Shown: positions 24,201 to 37,486, counted from the stretch's first letter. The stretch: DNA of 64,000 nucleotides from Klebsormidium nitens (GCA_000708835.1 DF237170.1:62001-126000), one strand, 5' to 3'. Notes: generated by a model not told the origin, from the letters alone. Numbers and translations are program-made.

Positions 24201-25840
24201 AACGCCAGAAAAGCGTTCCCGGTGGCATTCTGGTGTGTCGGGTGGGTCGGCAAAATGAGATTGAAATGCGGAAATTGGTGCAGGGGCCATCTTTCGGCAA
24301 TCTCGGACACAACTTCTGGGGTTTTAAGTTGGGAAATGTGCCTGCGCCCAGCAGGGGGTATAGAGACCGTCGGGACTTAGAGGTCCTGTCCGAAGCAGAT
24401 ACTTTTGAGAAACCAGTCAAAAGATGAGGAGATGCCTTACTTCCAAAAAAACTTGTCAGACCAAAGAATGCTCTCAGGTTGAACATCAAGGCCTTTATGA
24501 AGAGAGGTCTACGACATGAAACACGTCTTGAGTCAGATGAAACAGCCCAAGGCGACTCAACACTTGGGGAAAGACAAGCAACTTGAAGCAGGAAGAGAAC
24601 TCCAAGTTGAGGGCAATATAAGAAGTCGTACGGGGTCTGCCTTTGAGGAGACTTCATTACATCCTACAAATTGACTGTTTATTTTGAAACGTTCCAAGAA
24701 AAAGCAACGATCTTCGGTTGCATAGGACCCACAAACTGTTTATGCAACTCAAAGAAGATGACTGACGATCCAAATGCACCAACATAGCAGAGAGCAGTCT
24801 CAATGATCTGGATACCTTAGAGCTTCATCGTCTCCAGTTATTTCCCGGAATTGAGGAGTATAAAACGCTTGAAGAGAAGTTGCATCCCTCGAGAAACAAA
24901 GTGTCCGTTTGACCAAGCCGAAGGTGCAGTTTCAAAGCAGTTCTGACAGGGCCCTCACCTTGTCCAACAAGGAAGACTGCCGTGGTGCTGATCCTTGAGG
25001 GGCCTTGTTCCCACCACCATTTGCAGGCGTCTCCCTCTCAGCCCCAGCATCTCTCATCGCTGCAAAGGGCCCCTCCCCCTTCTCACCCCTCCCCACCTCT
25101 GAGTCATTTGCGTCCCCCCTGCTGTTTTCTTTCTCGCTACTGCCCCCCTCCAATTTTCCCCTTTGTCCCTTCTTTTTTTTCTTTTTCTTCCTCCCTTTTG
25201 ATCTCCCCTCGTTCACCCCGTCCTGCTCGCTTGATCCATTCCGTTCACTTTCTACGTGCGCCTCAGCTCCTTTCGAGCGGTCTGAACTGACGCCCATCTC
25301 CCGCCTATCTGCCTCTATATGTTGTCCGCCGGCATCCGCCTTATCTTCCTCCGGCCGCTTTTCCCGCTTCTTCTTACCTGTATCCCCGTCCAGATTTTGG
25401 CTACTCAGCTTGTTGCTCCTTCCACTGGCAGCTCCATTGGCAGCTCCAGGGTCCGCCCCATGTGTCTCCCCCTTCGCTCTTTGTCTCTTCACTCCTTTTG
25501 ACCCCCTGTTTCCACTGACAATCTCCATTCCTTCAGATCTCGCCGTATCCACACCACCTCTTTTCTGCTTCTGATTTTCATCTCTGGGACTTTTGTGCCC
25601 CTTTTTCTTGCCCATAGCATTCTTTCCGATTGCTCCAAATCTTGATGCACCACCCTTTTTCACGCCATTTGCAGCACCCCGCTGCCCTTTCTGCTTACCA
25701 GCACTTTCCACCCCATCTGACTTAGTAAGCAAAATACCGGTCCCTTCTCTATGAACCACCTCGCCAGAGTGTCGCACGCGCTGCTTGACTGGAGAAGTTT
25801 CCACTTCCCTGGTCTCAGCGACCGGCCGCTTCCGCTTCAT
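21253..25840 (-). CDS. RRP8: rRNA-processing protein 8 (nucleomethylin, 25S rRNA m1A methyltransferase)
   Basis: Exons (-): 25840-24959, 24107-23879, 22900-22806, 21597-21253. Basic K/R-rich N-terminus, then MRARLQGGHFRMLNERLY, YHRGYQEQMAHWP, VADFGCG|DARLA, FSLDLVA, ACNMAH|TPLESASVDVAVFCLSLMGT, AEVKSRF, ACIYKRR*. Confidence 0.96.
22918..23016. promoter_or_regulatory. Cluster of TGACGTCA palindromes beside an RRP8 3' splice site
   Basis: TGACGTCA at 22918, 22947 and 23009, plus TGACGTCT at 22977. The acceptor on the - strand is at 22901-22902. Function is unknown. Confidence 0.5.
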
Positions 25841-26607
25841 AGCTTGTCACCGGCGCGCTTCAGAATGCAAGCCCAGTCGGGAACAGCGACTCAAATTCAA
25901 ATGATGACAAGACCAATAGCAGATCCTTGGACAAGGGGAATCCTCTGAGTATGAAAGGCGCCTTGCAAAGAAGCTCCTTCTCCCAGACCGTCCCCAAACA
26001 TCTATGGTAGTCACAGGCTCACATAGGCTTTTGCAAAGGAGAGTAATATCTTCCTTTTACTTCGAGTTTCCTCGAGCTGGTAGAAGTATTGGGCTTTGGC
26101 CCGTTTGTTGGAATTTAAGCAGGATTTTCTGCAAAGCTGTATAGGTACACAAGCCCGATTCTACTTTGTTCCTTGTTTTGGGGTAGGGCCCAGAGCCGCA
26201 GACCGTCAACTAGAATCGTGCATCTATTAAACATAAATTTTTCGAAAACCTCGGCCTATGTTGTCATTGTTGATCGACGTATGCATCAAGTGGAAACATT
26301 TGTGTGCAATTTTGCAAATTTTGGCACGTAGTCCTACCTAGGCACACCTTGAAACACATTGCAAGCTGATCAACTCCGATCGAGTCCAAGTAGCAGCAAG
26401 GTAGAATCATCAGGAATGCGCCACCGGCGCAAGACATGGCTGCGACTTTCTTCATGGCGGTCATGTCTCAACCTATTCTCACTGCTAGTGAACCAAACTA
26501 GCAATGCCGGGCCAGATTACGACCCAGATTACTCGTTCTCAAGAGCTCATCTGCAGGGAATCCATCAGGTTGATAATCACAACAGGAGCTGAAAGAACGG
26601 GTGCGGT

Positions 26608-29600
26608 ATGATGGCTGTCAGCCTCCGTGCACAGAGTGGTGCCTTTTCGTTAGACCGCGCCTTTCGATGCAATTCCCTCAGGTCAAGAGGGGGCAATCCG
26701 GTCAGTCGCAACTCGCAATGGGCCCAGTTCTGCCAGCAAGCAGGAACACATGGCCCCATAATAAGAAAGGAGATCTGCCAGCTGTCACATCATGTCATTA
26801 GAGGTTCAAGTCGCTACAAAGGTCCTAGAAGAACAACTGCAATTGGTGGGGAAGCAGGGGGCTTGTGCAGCAAAATCAGCAGCAATGCTGTCAGACTGTC
26901 AAGACCAAAGCCTAATGAAAGCTCAAGGGGTGGTACACTGAGCCTATCTTTGAAGAGAGGCGTCCAAAAGTGTCCGCCTGTCCGTAATGTGGGGGTATGC
27001 AAATCGTCGTTGCGGACTGAGCACGCTGAGGGGATCAGCGCAGGAGAGGAACCGGCGCCTGAGGTGGGGGATGTGGAGGAACCGGGGGCGGTGGAAGAGG
27101 AAAGCAAAGAAAGTGAGTTGCGCAACTGTTCCTGGGGCTCATAAGACTTCCATAAATCGAAAACAACAAAACGCCACAAGCTGGGGACTTCAATGTTTCT
27201 TCTTTAGACCTTTTATAGATTGTTCTGGTCAAAGTGCCCCATTCGTCCAGTTTTAAGGGCAGCTCAGCAAGAGAGGGTGGCAAGCATTATGGTGCACATG
27301 AACTTTCAAGTTGGAGTTGAGGGGGGATCAGCTCAGCGCTTTTGCATCCAGTAGGTATTGAAGATCTTCTACACCACCGCTAGGGCCCTCTCTCTTTGAT
27401 CCTTGTTAACTGCGCTCTTGGCTGTCACATCAACTTAAGTGCTGCGAACACGGAGTCATCGGCTTGCACATGGCATTCCTCCATCTTGAGATTCCTTGGA
27501 GACACTACCAGCCGCACAGCGCCAATGACGACGGAATTTTGAACAATCTTTAACCACTGGGAACATTGCTTCGTGCATTTTGACTTGAAGTCTCTAAATT
27601 GGGTCGTCTTAGGTCGTCCACAACGGATCTTCTTGAAAAATTAGGAACGACACAGATGAACTATACCAGTGCTTCTCCAGGGTCGTTGTTTCTTGCTGCG
27701 GGCGTGGTGGGCCTTGCCACAGTGGGGGCGAAAATCCTGGGCCTCGGGCGAGAAAGCACGCTGGCCGCCGCCTTTGGAGTGGGGCCCGTCATGAACGCGT
27801 ACAGGTACGAACTGTTTGGTTTACCATCTGCACTTGGTTTCTCGTCCCCTCTCCACTGGGGATTTACTTGTTTTAAAGAAGTTTTCTCATGCAGACAGTT
27901 GCGCGTAAAACGATGTGGGAATCTTTGTTGGCACTTTTCTGTCTGGTCGGTCACGATGGCAGGTTAATGTCTTCAACTTTAATCACATGTTTGAAGCAAG
28001 ATGAAAGAAGTCAAGTTTGATACGACTACAAAGGTTCCTTCCTTCTGGGTGCAGTTATGCCTCCATCTTGCCGACTTTCCTCATCTCCATGCTTGGCGGA
28101 ATCAACGGCCCTTTCCACTCCGCCATAACCGCCGCCCTCGCCCGCCGCTCCCCGCCTGCCGGGCGCGCCCTCGTCGAAAAAGTCTCCACTCTAGTTCTCC
28201 TCACCTTCACTCTCGTCTCGCTAGTAATCTTCCTCAACGCCCCCGCGCTCGTAGACTTGGCCGCTCCCGGGCTGATGACGTCAGCGGAGGGCGCAATGAC
28301 GTCAGCGATCGCGGTGGCGCAGCTGAGAGTGATGGCGCCGTGCGCGCTTCTAGCGGCGCTCCTCGGGGTCGGATTCGGGAGCCTCAACTCGGCTGGGGTG
28401 TATGCGCTGCCGAGTCTGAGCCCGGCACTCAGCAGCGGATCCATCATAGCAGCGGTGAGAAAATGCCGCCAATTTTTCGGCTCGTTTTTCTGCGTATATG
28501 ATGCCGCCAGTTTCTTCTCGTGTCTTTCGCTCCTTTTCTCAGACTTCTGTTATAGGACCTTCATCAGCGATGTTGTTTCTGGATGATCTCTTCGTAGACA
28601 ATCGCAGCGTCTTGTGAAATACGAAATCCACTGCGCCCAAAACTCGTTGAGACAAGCGTGTAGTTGACCAGGAAAACCGCGATTCTCCCCGATCTGGGCC
28701 TGGCTTCATTCGAGCCGTTGAGCGATTCTGATCGATTGGGCCACTTCTCATAGACGAAGCCAATTAGCACGAGGTCGAGCGCAGTGTGGCCGCGAGACTT
28801 TTTGAAAGATTTGACGGCGTACAGCTTGTAAACCCTGGCGTGTCAGGTTTCAGATACACCATTGGACGGTCAAGCAGTACGTTCTGAGTGATGGAAAGGA
28901 CTCACGGGGAGGATAAGAATGAGTGACGATAAGAGATGGTGGCACCCAACATACGTACTTTTCGCAGGTGCTCTTTCACTGCTGGCGAAATGGGGGAACG
29001 GCGGGGCTGGGCCCACACAATGCGATGGCCGGTGGGATCGCGGTTGCGAGCGGCTTTCTTGCAGGGGCGACCCTGCAGTGGGCCGTACAGGTGAGCGGTC
29101 CCTTTCATCTTATAATCGTTGCCAGCTTCGATATAGGACTTTAACTGTCTTGGTAATGAACTTGAAGAGCAACCGAGGGTCTACCGATCTTAGCCTCGTC
29201 CCCCGAAACTACGAAGCTTCAAGTGCTTTTCCCTGGAGAAGGCCGAAAAAATGAAGCACGCTGACGTATCGGACGACTTGTGGGCAACAGACAGACATTG
29301 TTCCGGGTGTATCGTCTCACACAGCGCAGATTGCCTGTTAACGTTACTCTGTAAGTTTTGGAGCGTGGATTATACACTCTGCATTCGAGGAACTATGAGA
29401 CACAACAAACATACCTTCAAGCCGGCACACACAAACCTAAGCGATTTTCATCATCTTTGTAGGCGGCAACTCAGCTTCGGCTTGGCCTCGGTACCCTGCG
29501 GTTACAATGGGCTAACCCGTTGACTGACCCCGGGTTAAGAGAGGTTTTGGCCGTCATGGTCCCTGGAGCTGTCGCGTCGGGGATGCTCCAGATTGCCACG

Positions 29601-32600
29601 TACACCGACCTCCACTTCGCTTCGTTTCTTCCGGGGGCGGCCGCGGCGCTTGGATGTGAGTACGCGTTCCTTTCTGGAAACCAGAGTCTGGCGGTTGTAT
29701 CATCTTTCCGCAAGCGGTTGATGGGCTTGAATAATACTTGGCTTCGTTTCTTCCGGGGGCAGCTGCCGCGCTTGGCGGTGATTCTGCGTTCTTTTTACGA
29801 AGCATCAAAGTTCGCGGTTGGAAAGTATATTCCACGTCGGTTGACGGTTCTGAAAGATCATTTGCAAAGCAATCTCAGGTCCGTTGGGGGTTGTGCTTGG
29901 ATTCTGCACCAGCCGTAAGGAGGTCAACTGTTTTCCAGTGTGTGGATTAGCATTTTCGGGTCGTCGTGAGACGTTCAGGAGATAGAGTTAGTTGCACGTG
30001 GTGTCTTAGACTGGCCGCCTAGATAAGGGCTAACGTATGCGGGCACAGGTCAGCTTCCCAACAACGTTCAGAGCATCGATCTTGCGACACCAACTGCCTT
30101 TCCAAACTGGTATCGTACGAAGCGGAGGACGCAGTTGCAGCTCGTTGGCTCGACTCCGGCACCTGAGCATCCTGTGCCAACCAATTGTGTTTCTCTGATC
30201 ATCTGGGTTGTCCAAGGTCGAGACCCATCCTCCGCCGACTAGATGGAATCGTCGGATGGTGACGCGATCCAAAATTGCAGAAATAGGCCAGCAGAACAAC
30301 CTAAGCTTTTAACTGAGTTGCGCCCGTCTCGTGCAGACGCGAATCTGCTCGTGCAGGCGCCACTTGGCATCCTCTCGAGCGCGCTGCTGGTGCCGATCCT
30401 GCCCCTCTTCGCGAAAAGCTCCGCGGTAAGCGTCCGAGTCGGCTCTTCTTGAAACCACTTGCTAAACCACGCGCTGAACCACTGGCTAAACCACTTGCTA
30501 AACCACTCGCTAAAGGTAGCAGAAGAAAGGCTCGCGTCCGGGTTTTGCCATGTTCTCTAACCTTCAAAACCTTGGGCCTAGAACCTAAAGTTTGGCGCCG
30601 CTTTGATATACAGGCAGAGCTAGTCTTATCTTTGCTCGACGGATCGCAGAACGACAGCAATTTGAGAATAGACAAAAGGTGGGAAAGTTAGCAGAGCGCA
30701 GGTCTCACTGGCTCTTTTTGTGTAGGTAATCTTCCGTTCAATTGGTAATCTCTTCAGTCTGTTGCTATCTGCTTGCTGAGGTGCCAAATCGACACTCACA
30801 AATGATTTTGCCACATCCGTTTCACAGCGGGAACACTGGCCTGAGCTGCGGCGGCGAATACGGCAAGGGGTCATTCTCGCAGCCGTAAGTCGCCCCCCTT
30901 TTTCAATGTAGGATCAATGAGCGTTTTTCGTGAATACAGACTTTTGTCAAGTCTGAACCTGAGTTTGAAGTGAAGGGATTGTTGCTCTCAGCTTCTGTGT
31001 TCCAGTCGCATCATCCCCTGACGTACCTGGCTCGAACACGTTCAAACAATTCCCATTGAATAGCTTCCTCAAAGATCGGCAAAGCGGGTTTTCTGTCCTC
31101 CAAAGTTGCCGTTCCGCTGATGTCACCAAGTGTCACAATCGGTGCAGGCCGTCACCCTCCCCCTGAGCCCCATCATGGCCCCTTGACGTCACCAACTCCT
31201 CGATCCTCCCCGCTTTTGACTGACCGTTTCGCAACCATGCGAAGTCCGACAGTACTCGCTCAAAATCGCTGACGTCACCAACTGAGTCACAAATTGTCAT
31301 GTTTGTGCAGGCCGTCACGCTCCCCTTGACCGCCATCATGGCCCCCCTCTCCACGTCCGTCGTCAGAGTGCTCCTTCAGCGGAAGGCCTTTGACACTGCC
31401 GCCACGGCGCTAGTCGCGCCGCTCGTCGTTGGCTGTGAGTGGTGTCAACGCACGCTGCGTGTCGCGCTTATTCATCACGATCCTGGAATGGCATGTCACA
31501 AATTGCATATTTGAGAGATGCTAACCTGTGTTTTGGTCACGCCCTAAACAGCATCAACTTACACCCGCTCTCGTCTCTTCGTTTTAGATCTGATTGACCC
31601 TCTTACTATCTGTGATCGGGCGCGCTTCGGTCCGCTTTGTCAAGCTAAAAGATCTCGTTTGCTTTCATCCCTTGATATAGTCGTCTTTCGGCCCGCCATA
31701 AGAATGGCCGGGGCATGTTTTGGCCGCCAACCGAATGCCCACAACTTTGCCCGTAGAGTCGCTCGAACTTCATGTGTCCCCAAAAACGTTGATTCCGCAA
31801 CACACTCTCAAGTCCCGCTTTCTATGTGCCTCCGCACGCTACCGAAAAGCCATCCACCCCACGGCTTGATTCTCTGCCATGTTCTTCTGTGATCCGTCAA
31901 CACCGAAAGATTGGAAGCGCCGAGGCGTTCCAAGGGCTTTCATCAGATTGGCACATCTACACACGCTTCTCATTTCTGAAAAACCATAGCACTGTCTGCA
32001 GACCAGCTGGGGGCCATTGCTTACCTCATCCGTGACGTCTTGGTCCGCGTGTTTTACGCTCTCGGCGATGGGGCAACGCCCTTCTACACCAGCATTGCCG
32101 CCATCTTGGCGAACGTCGTCCTTGACTGGCTGGCCGTCCGAAAGTTTGACCTGGGCGCTCAAGGCCTGGTACGGACGCTGACCTTGTCTTGGTCTTGCTC
32201 TTGGGAGCCTCGATAATGCATTGGGTCCGTTTGAACGTTTCTAAGGAACCACAATTGCTCTTTGGGCGCTTTGAATGCTATGCTGATGCTTCTTGTACGC
32301 GTACGGGATGCTATTTGAAGGGTTCTCAACCGCTCGAACGAGCAATGTCAACAGGACCGCCATGTGCTTTGAGCGCAAATTGCAACGCCCTTTTGAGAGT
32401 CTCTCAGACGCTTCTCCGACTTTCTTCAAGAACATTTGGAAGCTTTCGATGAGATTTTCGCCACTTTCGAAGCGCGTTTTCGCGGTTTGGACGCGTTTGA
32501 TTGCGGACCGCGGCAGTTGTTGCGTTCGTTTACGTCGTGGAAAGTCTCCATACTACAGCGATGGTGTAGACAGAGCCCTCCTTTCCGGGTGCAGATCCTG

Positions 32601-34093
32601 GCCACTCTCTCGGTGAATGCCGCAAGCGGCGTCATTCTCCTTGCCGTTTTGTCCCGACGAGTAAACGGTGAGAGTAAATCAAAACCTACACTTTCGAGGG
32701 AACGTGCGAGGTCAATGCAATAAAGTGGCCGCGTAACGTCAGCATGGATGGCTCTGTGCGCAGCACAGAGACCGCAGGGGCGCAGAGACGCAGGGACTTC
32801 GCAGAGCCTCTTCATTGTCCCCAGCTTCGCAATACTCCTTCTGCTCTCCTCCTCTCGTGATTGACCGACTGCATAGTGAAGTTTCTGCCAGATTCTGTCC
32901 GCGAACCAAGTCCATGCTGACACGTGGCACGCTCTAATTCGCAGATCTCCGGACCGAGGAGTGGGTCCGGCCGTTGCTGACGATGGTGGGCGCCGCTGTC
33001 GTGGCGGCATATGCCACCGCGCTGTCGCACGCGGCCGCGCTCCGGTTCCTCATGTTTCTCGCACCGCTCGTTACCCCTCCAACGCTGATGTCCAAGTAAG
33101 CGTCTTTGCGGCGTACATACCTGTCGTTAACCTCCTCTCGTCGAACGTGTTTTCTAAGTATGCACTCCATAAGAACGAAGCACGTGCTCAGAGTCCACTC
33201 CTTTTATGACCAAGTTAAGAGTCTCGCTAATTTCTTTTGTCCTCACGTCCTTTCGGAGGGGTGTTAAGTTATCTTTTGGACAGATTTTCAGGGCTTCTAA
33301 ACTGAAGGATCGATGCATCAAGCCCGCAGTTTTTTTATCCGGTATCGAGCCCCAAGGAAATAGCAAACTAGTCATCATCATTTCTTCGCGGGAGGGCTAA
33401 CGTCGTTCGTTGCTCCTTTAGAATACCCCGAATGAGGACGTCAGCCACCCAAAAGTCGTTCTTGCATCGCGATGCTCCTCAAAATTCAAATGCGCCTGTC
33501 CGTGCCCCTTTATCGCCCGCCAATTGCAAGCCCGCAGGCGACCTAACTCAGCGGATCCAAACGAGCCCTTCTCTTAGCCCGTTCTTTTTTAGGGTTTTAG
33601 AATTTTAGGGTTTTAGGGTGGCACAATTTCAAGTATCGCTCTCGTTTGAGATCCCCACATTAAATTTTCCGTTCCGGCAAACCCCTCGCTGTTTGGCAGC
33701 AGATGACAATGTCAACGTGCCCTCCTTTAGTGAAGCTGAAGTGAGACTTGCACCGCTGCTACACGCATCAGAACTTATTCGCTTACACATCAGCTTCTGA
33801 CGATTTCGCTCCAAATTATTCGTCTCAGGTACTCGAGTAAAGAATAGCTTCTCCAGTGAGGCAGTTGCGGTCAACGGAACCGATAAACTCGACTTTCGCG
33901 TTATTTTGGGTGCCGAGTCATTCAGGCGCTCTCTTCCTTTTGCAGGGCCACATGGTTCGCCGAGTTTTCTGCCTGCGGGTGCGCGAGCATCTTCAGCCTC
34001 GCCACTTTTGTCGCCGTTCTCGTTTGGACGCGACTGCCCGAAGCCGACGCGATCAGCGTCAGGCTGCGCAAGAAGCTAGGCCTGCAGTTGTAA
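26608..34093 (+). CDS. murJ: MurJ/MviN lipid II flippase with a predicted plastid transit peptide
   Basis: Exons 26608-27112, 27681-27804, 28055-28454, 28968-29090, 29463-29655, 30337-30425, 30828-30884, 31311-31434, 32002-32168, 32595-32667, 32945-33095, 33946-34093, all phase compatible. Motifs AKILGLGRE..AAAFGVG, GGINGPFHSA, GATLQWAVQ, QIATYTDLHFAS, LGYANLLVQAPLGI, RDVLVRVFYALGDGATPF. S/R/A-rich N-terminal extension. Confidence 0.92.
29738..29792 (+). repeat. Intronic echo of MurJ exon 3' end plus donor region
   Basis: gcttcgtttcttccgggggcagctgccgcgcttggcggtgattctgcgttcttt versus the exon end gcttcgtttcttccgggggcggccgcggcgcttggat|gtgagtacgcgttcctt (29620-29672). Confidence 0.85.
30452..30514. 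repeat. 12-bp intronic tandem repeat (AAACCACTTGCT-like, 5 copies)
   Basis: aaaccacttgct aaaccacgcgct gaaccactggct aaaccacttgct aaaccactcgct. Confidence 0.85.
31141..31192 (+). repeat. Intronic echo of the MurJ acceptor plus exon start (31311)
   Basis: gtgcag|gccgtcaccctccccctgagccccatcatggcccc versus the real gtgcag|gccgtcacgctccccttgaccgccatcatggcccc. Confidence 0.85.
33587..33618 (+). repeat. Interstitial telomere-like tract (TTTTAGGG x4, one variant)
   Basis: TTTTAGGG TTTTAGAA TTTTAGGG TTTTAGGG, in the last modelled MurJ intron. Confidence 0.75.
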
Positions 34094-35440
34094 CTAGATA
34101 CGGAAAGTTAACCTGATAACCTGGATTTTATTATGCTGGTTGGCTTGCGAGTTGGGGCGTGCGAGGTACTGATTGATTAAAAGATGATCAACGCGGAGGT
34201 CGCGAGAGAATAAACGCGTTCTTGTCGAAGTTGCCGACGATAGGATAATGCACGTTCCGGTTCGTCTAGCTGCGCGCTTGCAGCAGAACGCTGCAGTTTC
34301 CGGCGCACCTTCGAGTTCCAAGGCCAATAGAGATCAGATTTGCGTCCCGGCCCTTGAATGCGATCATTGAACATCAATTGACAATCCAAGTCCAAACCGT
34401 GGTGTCGCTCATTAAGGTTTGGTAATGGACAAGAGAGGCTGACTGTATCCGTCGAAAGTTGAAATGTGACGTGTGAATCACTATTGATAAAGTGTACTTG
34501 GCGAGCCAAGTATGTGCTGCACGTACTGCATTAAATATAGGCTTGTCAATCAGCTAATGTAATTGGGTGCATGTACGGGACATGGATGTAACGTACCTAC
34601 GTCATGAATTGCGGTTCCACGACGACGTGATCAAGTGCAACTTCGAGATTGCCAGGCCGACAAAAAGAACGGATCGATTATATATTGACCTTGCATGCAT
34701 GCATGGAGGCTCGCTGAGACATCTTGCCTGTTATCAAAAGCTAATTCTAGTTCTTGTGATCAATAGCATGTTCAAGGTTGACCAGGGAAACTACTCTGGG
34801 ACACAGACAAAATATAGTGTTAATTTAAAAGAATTAACGTACCTAGCTAAACCCAAAAAATGGCATACCAACTCCCTGCATGCTCTGCACCCTTATGCAT
34901 CTTAACCCCAAACCTTACCATGCAACCGTCCCCCGTATACAGGCTAGAGCTTACGTCATCGTCATGGCCCTTAGTCAACATCGTAGTTTACGAAGTCACT
35001 GGTATTGAATCCCGACGTTGTTTCCGAGACGAACCGGGGCCCTTGAAATGTGCATGACATGTGTACGTGTCGCTTTGACAGCGAGAGCCACTTCAAAGTG
35101 TCGCACTTTTGCAAATCAACTTGGGACAAAACGGTATTAGAGGGGGCCAACGATCGAGCGCACTGACTGTGTCGATGGCCACAATGACGTTCCGAGTCCA
35201 GAAGATCAAAGCGCTTGAGACAGAGCTAGTCCCCAAGCCAACTAGTTCGCAGCCTGAATCAGAACACAACCTGGGAGCAGCCCTTCTGCATCACAAAGGG
35301 GAGCCTTCTCGCTGAGGTGACGGTCGAAGAAAGAATTCTATAGTCCCAGTCAAGAATCGTTTTTCAAACTCTCTTTGGAAACGCTTGTAGCGCTAGCGTG
35401 GCGTCAAAAGGCAATTGGTGGTCTCGGTGGGGCCGCACAG

Positions 35441-37486
35441 GACAAGGCGTCAGCCAAATTAATGGTGACTGTACATGTAAAGAGATTTCCGGCGGAATGT
35501 CCGCGGTGCGGAATGCCCAAGGGGGACGAACTCCCGTCAGACGAAGAAGGGGACCTTCAGGTGATTAATGACGCATGCTCAATGTTCTTGTTGCGAAATC
35601 ATCAAGAAAGGATCTTCCATGTCCTGGGGACCTCGCCTTGGGCCACCGTCCATTTGGGGAGTTCATTTCGTTTTTCACTGGGTATGGTGCTTGTCTCTTT
35701 CATTGGATTGGCACTCTCCCCTGGCTCGTGGGTGGCTCGTTGGTTCAAGGCGCAGCTGGCGTGACGAACATGCCCCTTGGACGTTTATGGTCATCCTGTC
35801 TTAAATTAATTGCCTCTTGCTTCAAAATGGCCTTGTCTCCAAGCTTGTCTAGTCGTTTAAAGGGTCAGCCGATTCTGGCAAGGAACCCCTTGCTTCTTGA
35901 GATGAAGAAACTTGCAAAGCTGAGGGCAAGAATTTGGCAGAGGTTTCTATCTCAGTTTCAAACCGTTCAGAACTTTTCGGACGTCTTGCATAGTTTTTAC
36001 CCGCAATGAGTACGTTAAGATTGCATCCATTATGTTTGCTTCTCGGCCGATTGAAAAGGGCCCCTTTCTCAGATGTTTCAGACCTGGAGGGTTCGAAAAG
36101 AGCTGATTGACTTACATAACAAAGTGCTTTGTGTCATCACTGTCTAAATAAGTTCAGATATCGTCAAGTACAAGAGGGCCTTTAACATGGAGGTTATATT
36201 TCTCCCTCTATAATGCTGTCTAGTCGCACGCAATGAACCATTTTAGTAGATAGGTTCTTGACGCCTCTGATCCTAGCCAAGGTCACGTGAATTGGAAATG
36301 ACTCAGAATCTACATGAGGCCACCGTTTTTCCAGCTCTGTAACACAATTTCCGTGAGTGCGGCTGCGAGACCGACCACTGTAAAGCTGCTGAGAGCGCTG
36401 CTGCCATCTATGTGCAGGACTTTCCTCCTGTTCGTGAAGCGGAGTATGGAAGTGAGGACTCACACAAGATGCCCTCGCTTCGCGAAGCACGTTACGGAGA
36501 AGAGGGCAGTGAGGACTCGGACGACTTGCCTTCTCTTCTCGAAGGGGGAAGTGAGGAGGGGAATAGCAGGGACTACGACGACTTGTCAGAACTCCCTTCC
36601 CTTGTCGAGGGAGAAGATGATAACGAGAGCATCGAAAACGGTGACCACTCACAAGAACTTCCTTCCCTTGTTGGGGAGTCGGACGAAGAATATGGCGAGG
36701 ACTACGACGAGTTCCAAGGAGTGCCTCCGTTTTGCGACGGGGAAAGCGAAGACGACATGGACGAGATTGAGGTGAGCAGGCTGGAACTCCCCTGACTTGA
36801 AGATCAGAATTCACAGGAAAAATTTTGCTCCTAATCAGACCTGCTTAACGGGTTCTTAGCAAGCATTCAACCTCTTTAACCCGGTGAAAGGGCTTCTAAG
36901 TTGTGCGTGACAAGGCGTGGTTAAGGTTTGACTTTCCAAGTGTTACGTGGAGCAAGTTGTGGTGAAGGAAGTGCCACGTGTCCAAGAGGAGGCTGCCAGG
37001 ACATTTCGCAATGCGCGAGCTGCCGGACCCATCTTTCTAGTACCACGAGTTTGTTGCCAAGTTGCTATCCTTTCTTGATTCTGGTACGCTTGATAGTCGA
37101 TCGCTTTTGACAACGCTCATTCAGAAATCCTGCGAGCTTCGACGAAATCTAAGCTGCATATATGTATGGCCGGACACTCTTTAATTTCATCGGAGATTGC
37201 GCAGACTCTAGAGTCGAGTACATCGTGCGGAGAGGCTTTCGTGCACGTGCGATGCTGCTGTGACGGCACACCTTCAATGACGATTACTTGCGTTAAATCC
37301 GCGTGCCTGCTGTTTCTGCCAAGCTGTCTCCCTCCTTTCTAAATACTTTTCCCGAATACCTAAACTTCAGTCGGACCGCTTACAGCAGTTTGATTCCCTT
37401 TTCTGACTTGTTCCGTTATTTGTGCACAGGCGCGGAACAGCGCCCGTCTGCCCCCGCGGCCGCTCATCATGACCGAAATCGAGTGA
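35441..37486 (+). CDS. Hypothetical protein with tandem acidic D/E-x-(L/M)PSL motifs; 5' end uncertain
   Basis: Phase-0 compatible exons ~35441-35560 (CPRC..DELPSDEEGDLQ), 36418-36771 (acidic repeats) and 37430-37486 (ARNSARLPPRPLIMTEIE*). A possible upstream exon at ~35230-35316 and a possible extra exon near 36950-37080 are unresolved. Confidence 0.55.
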
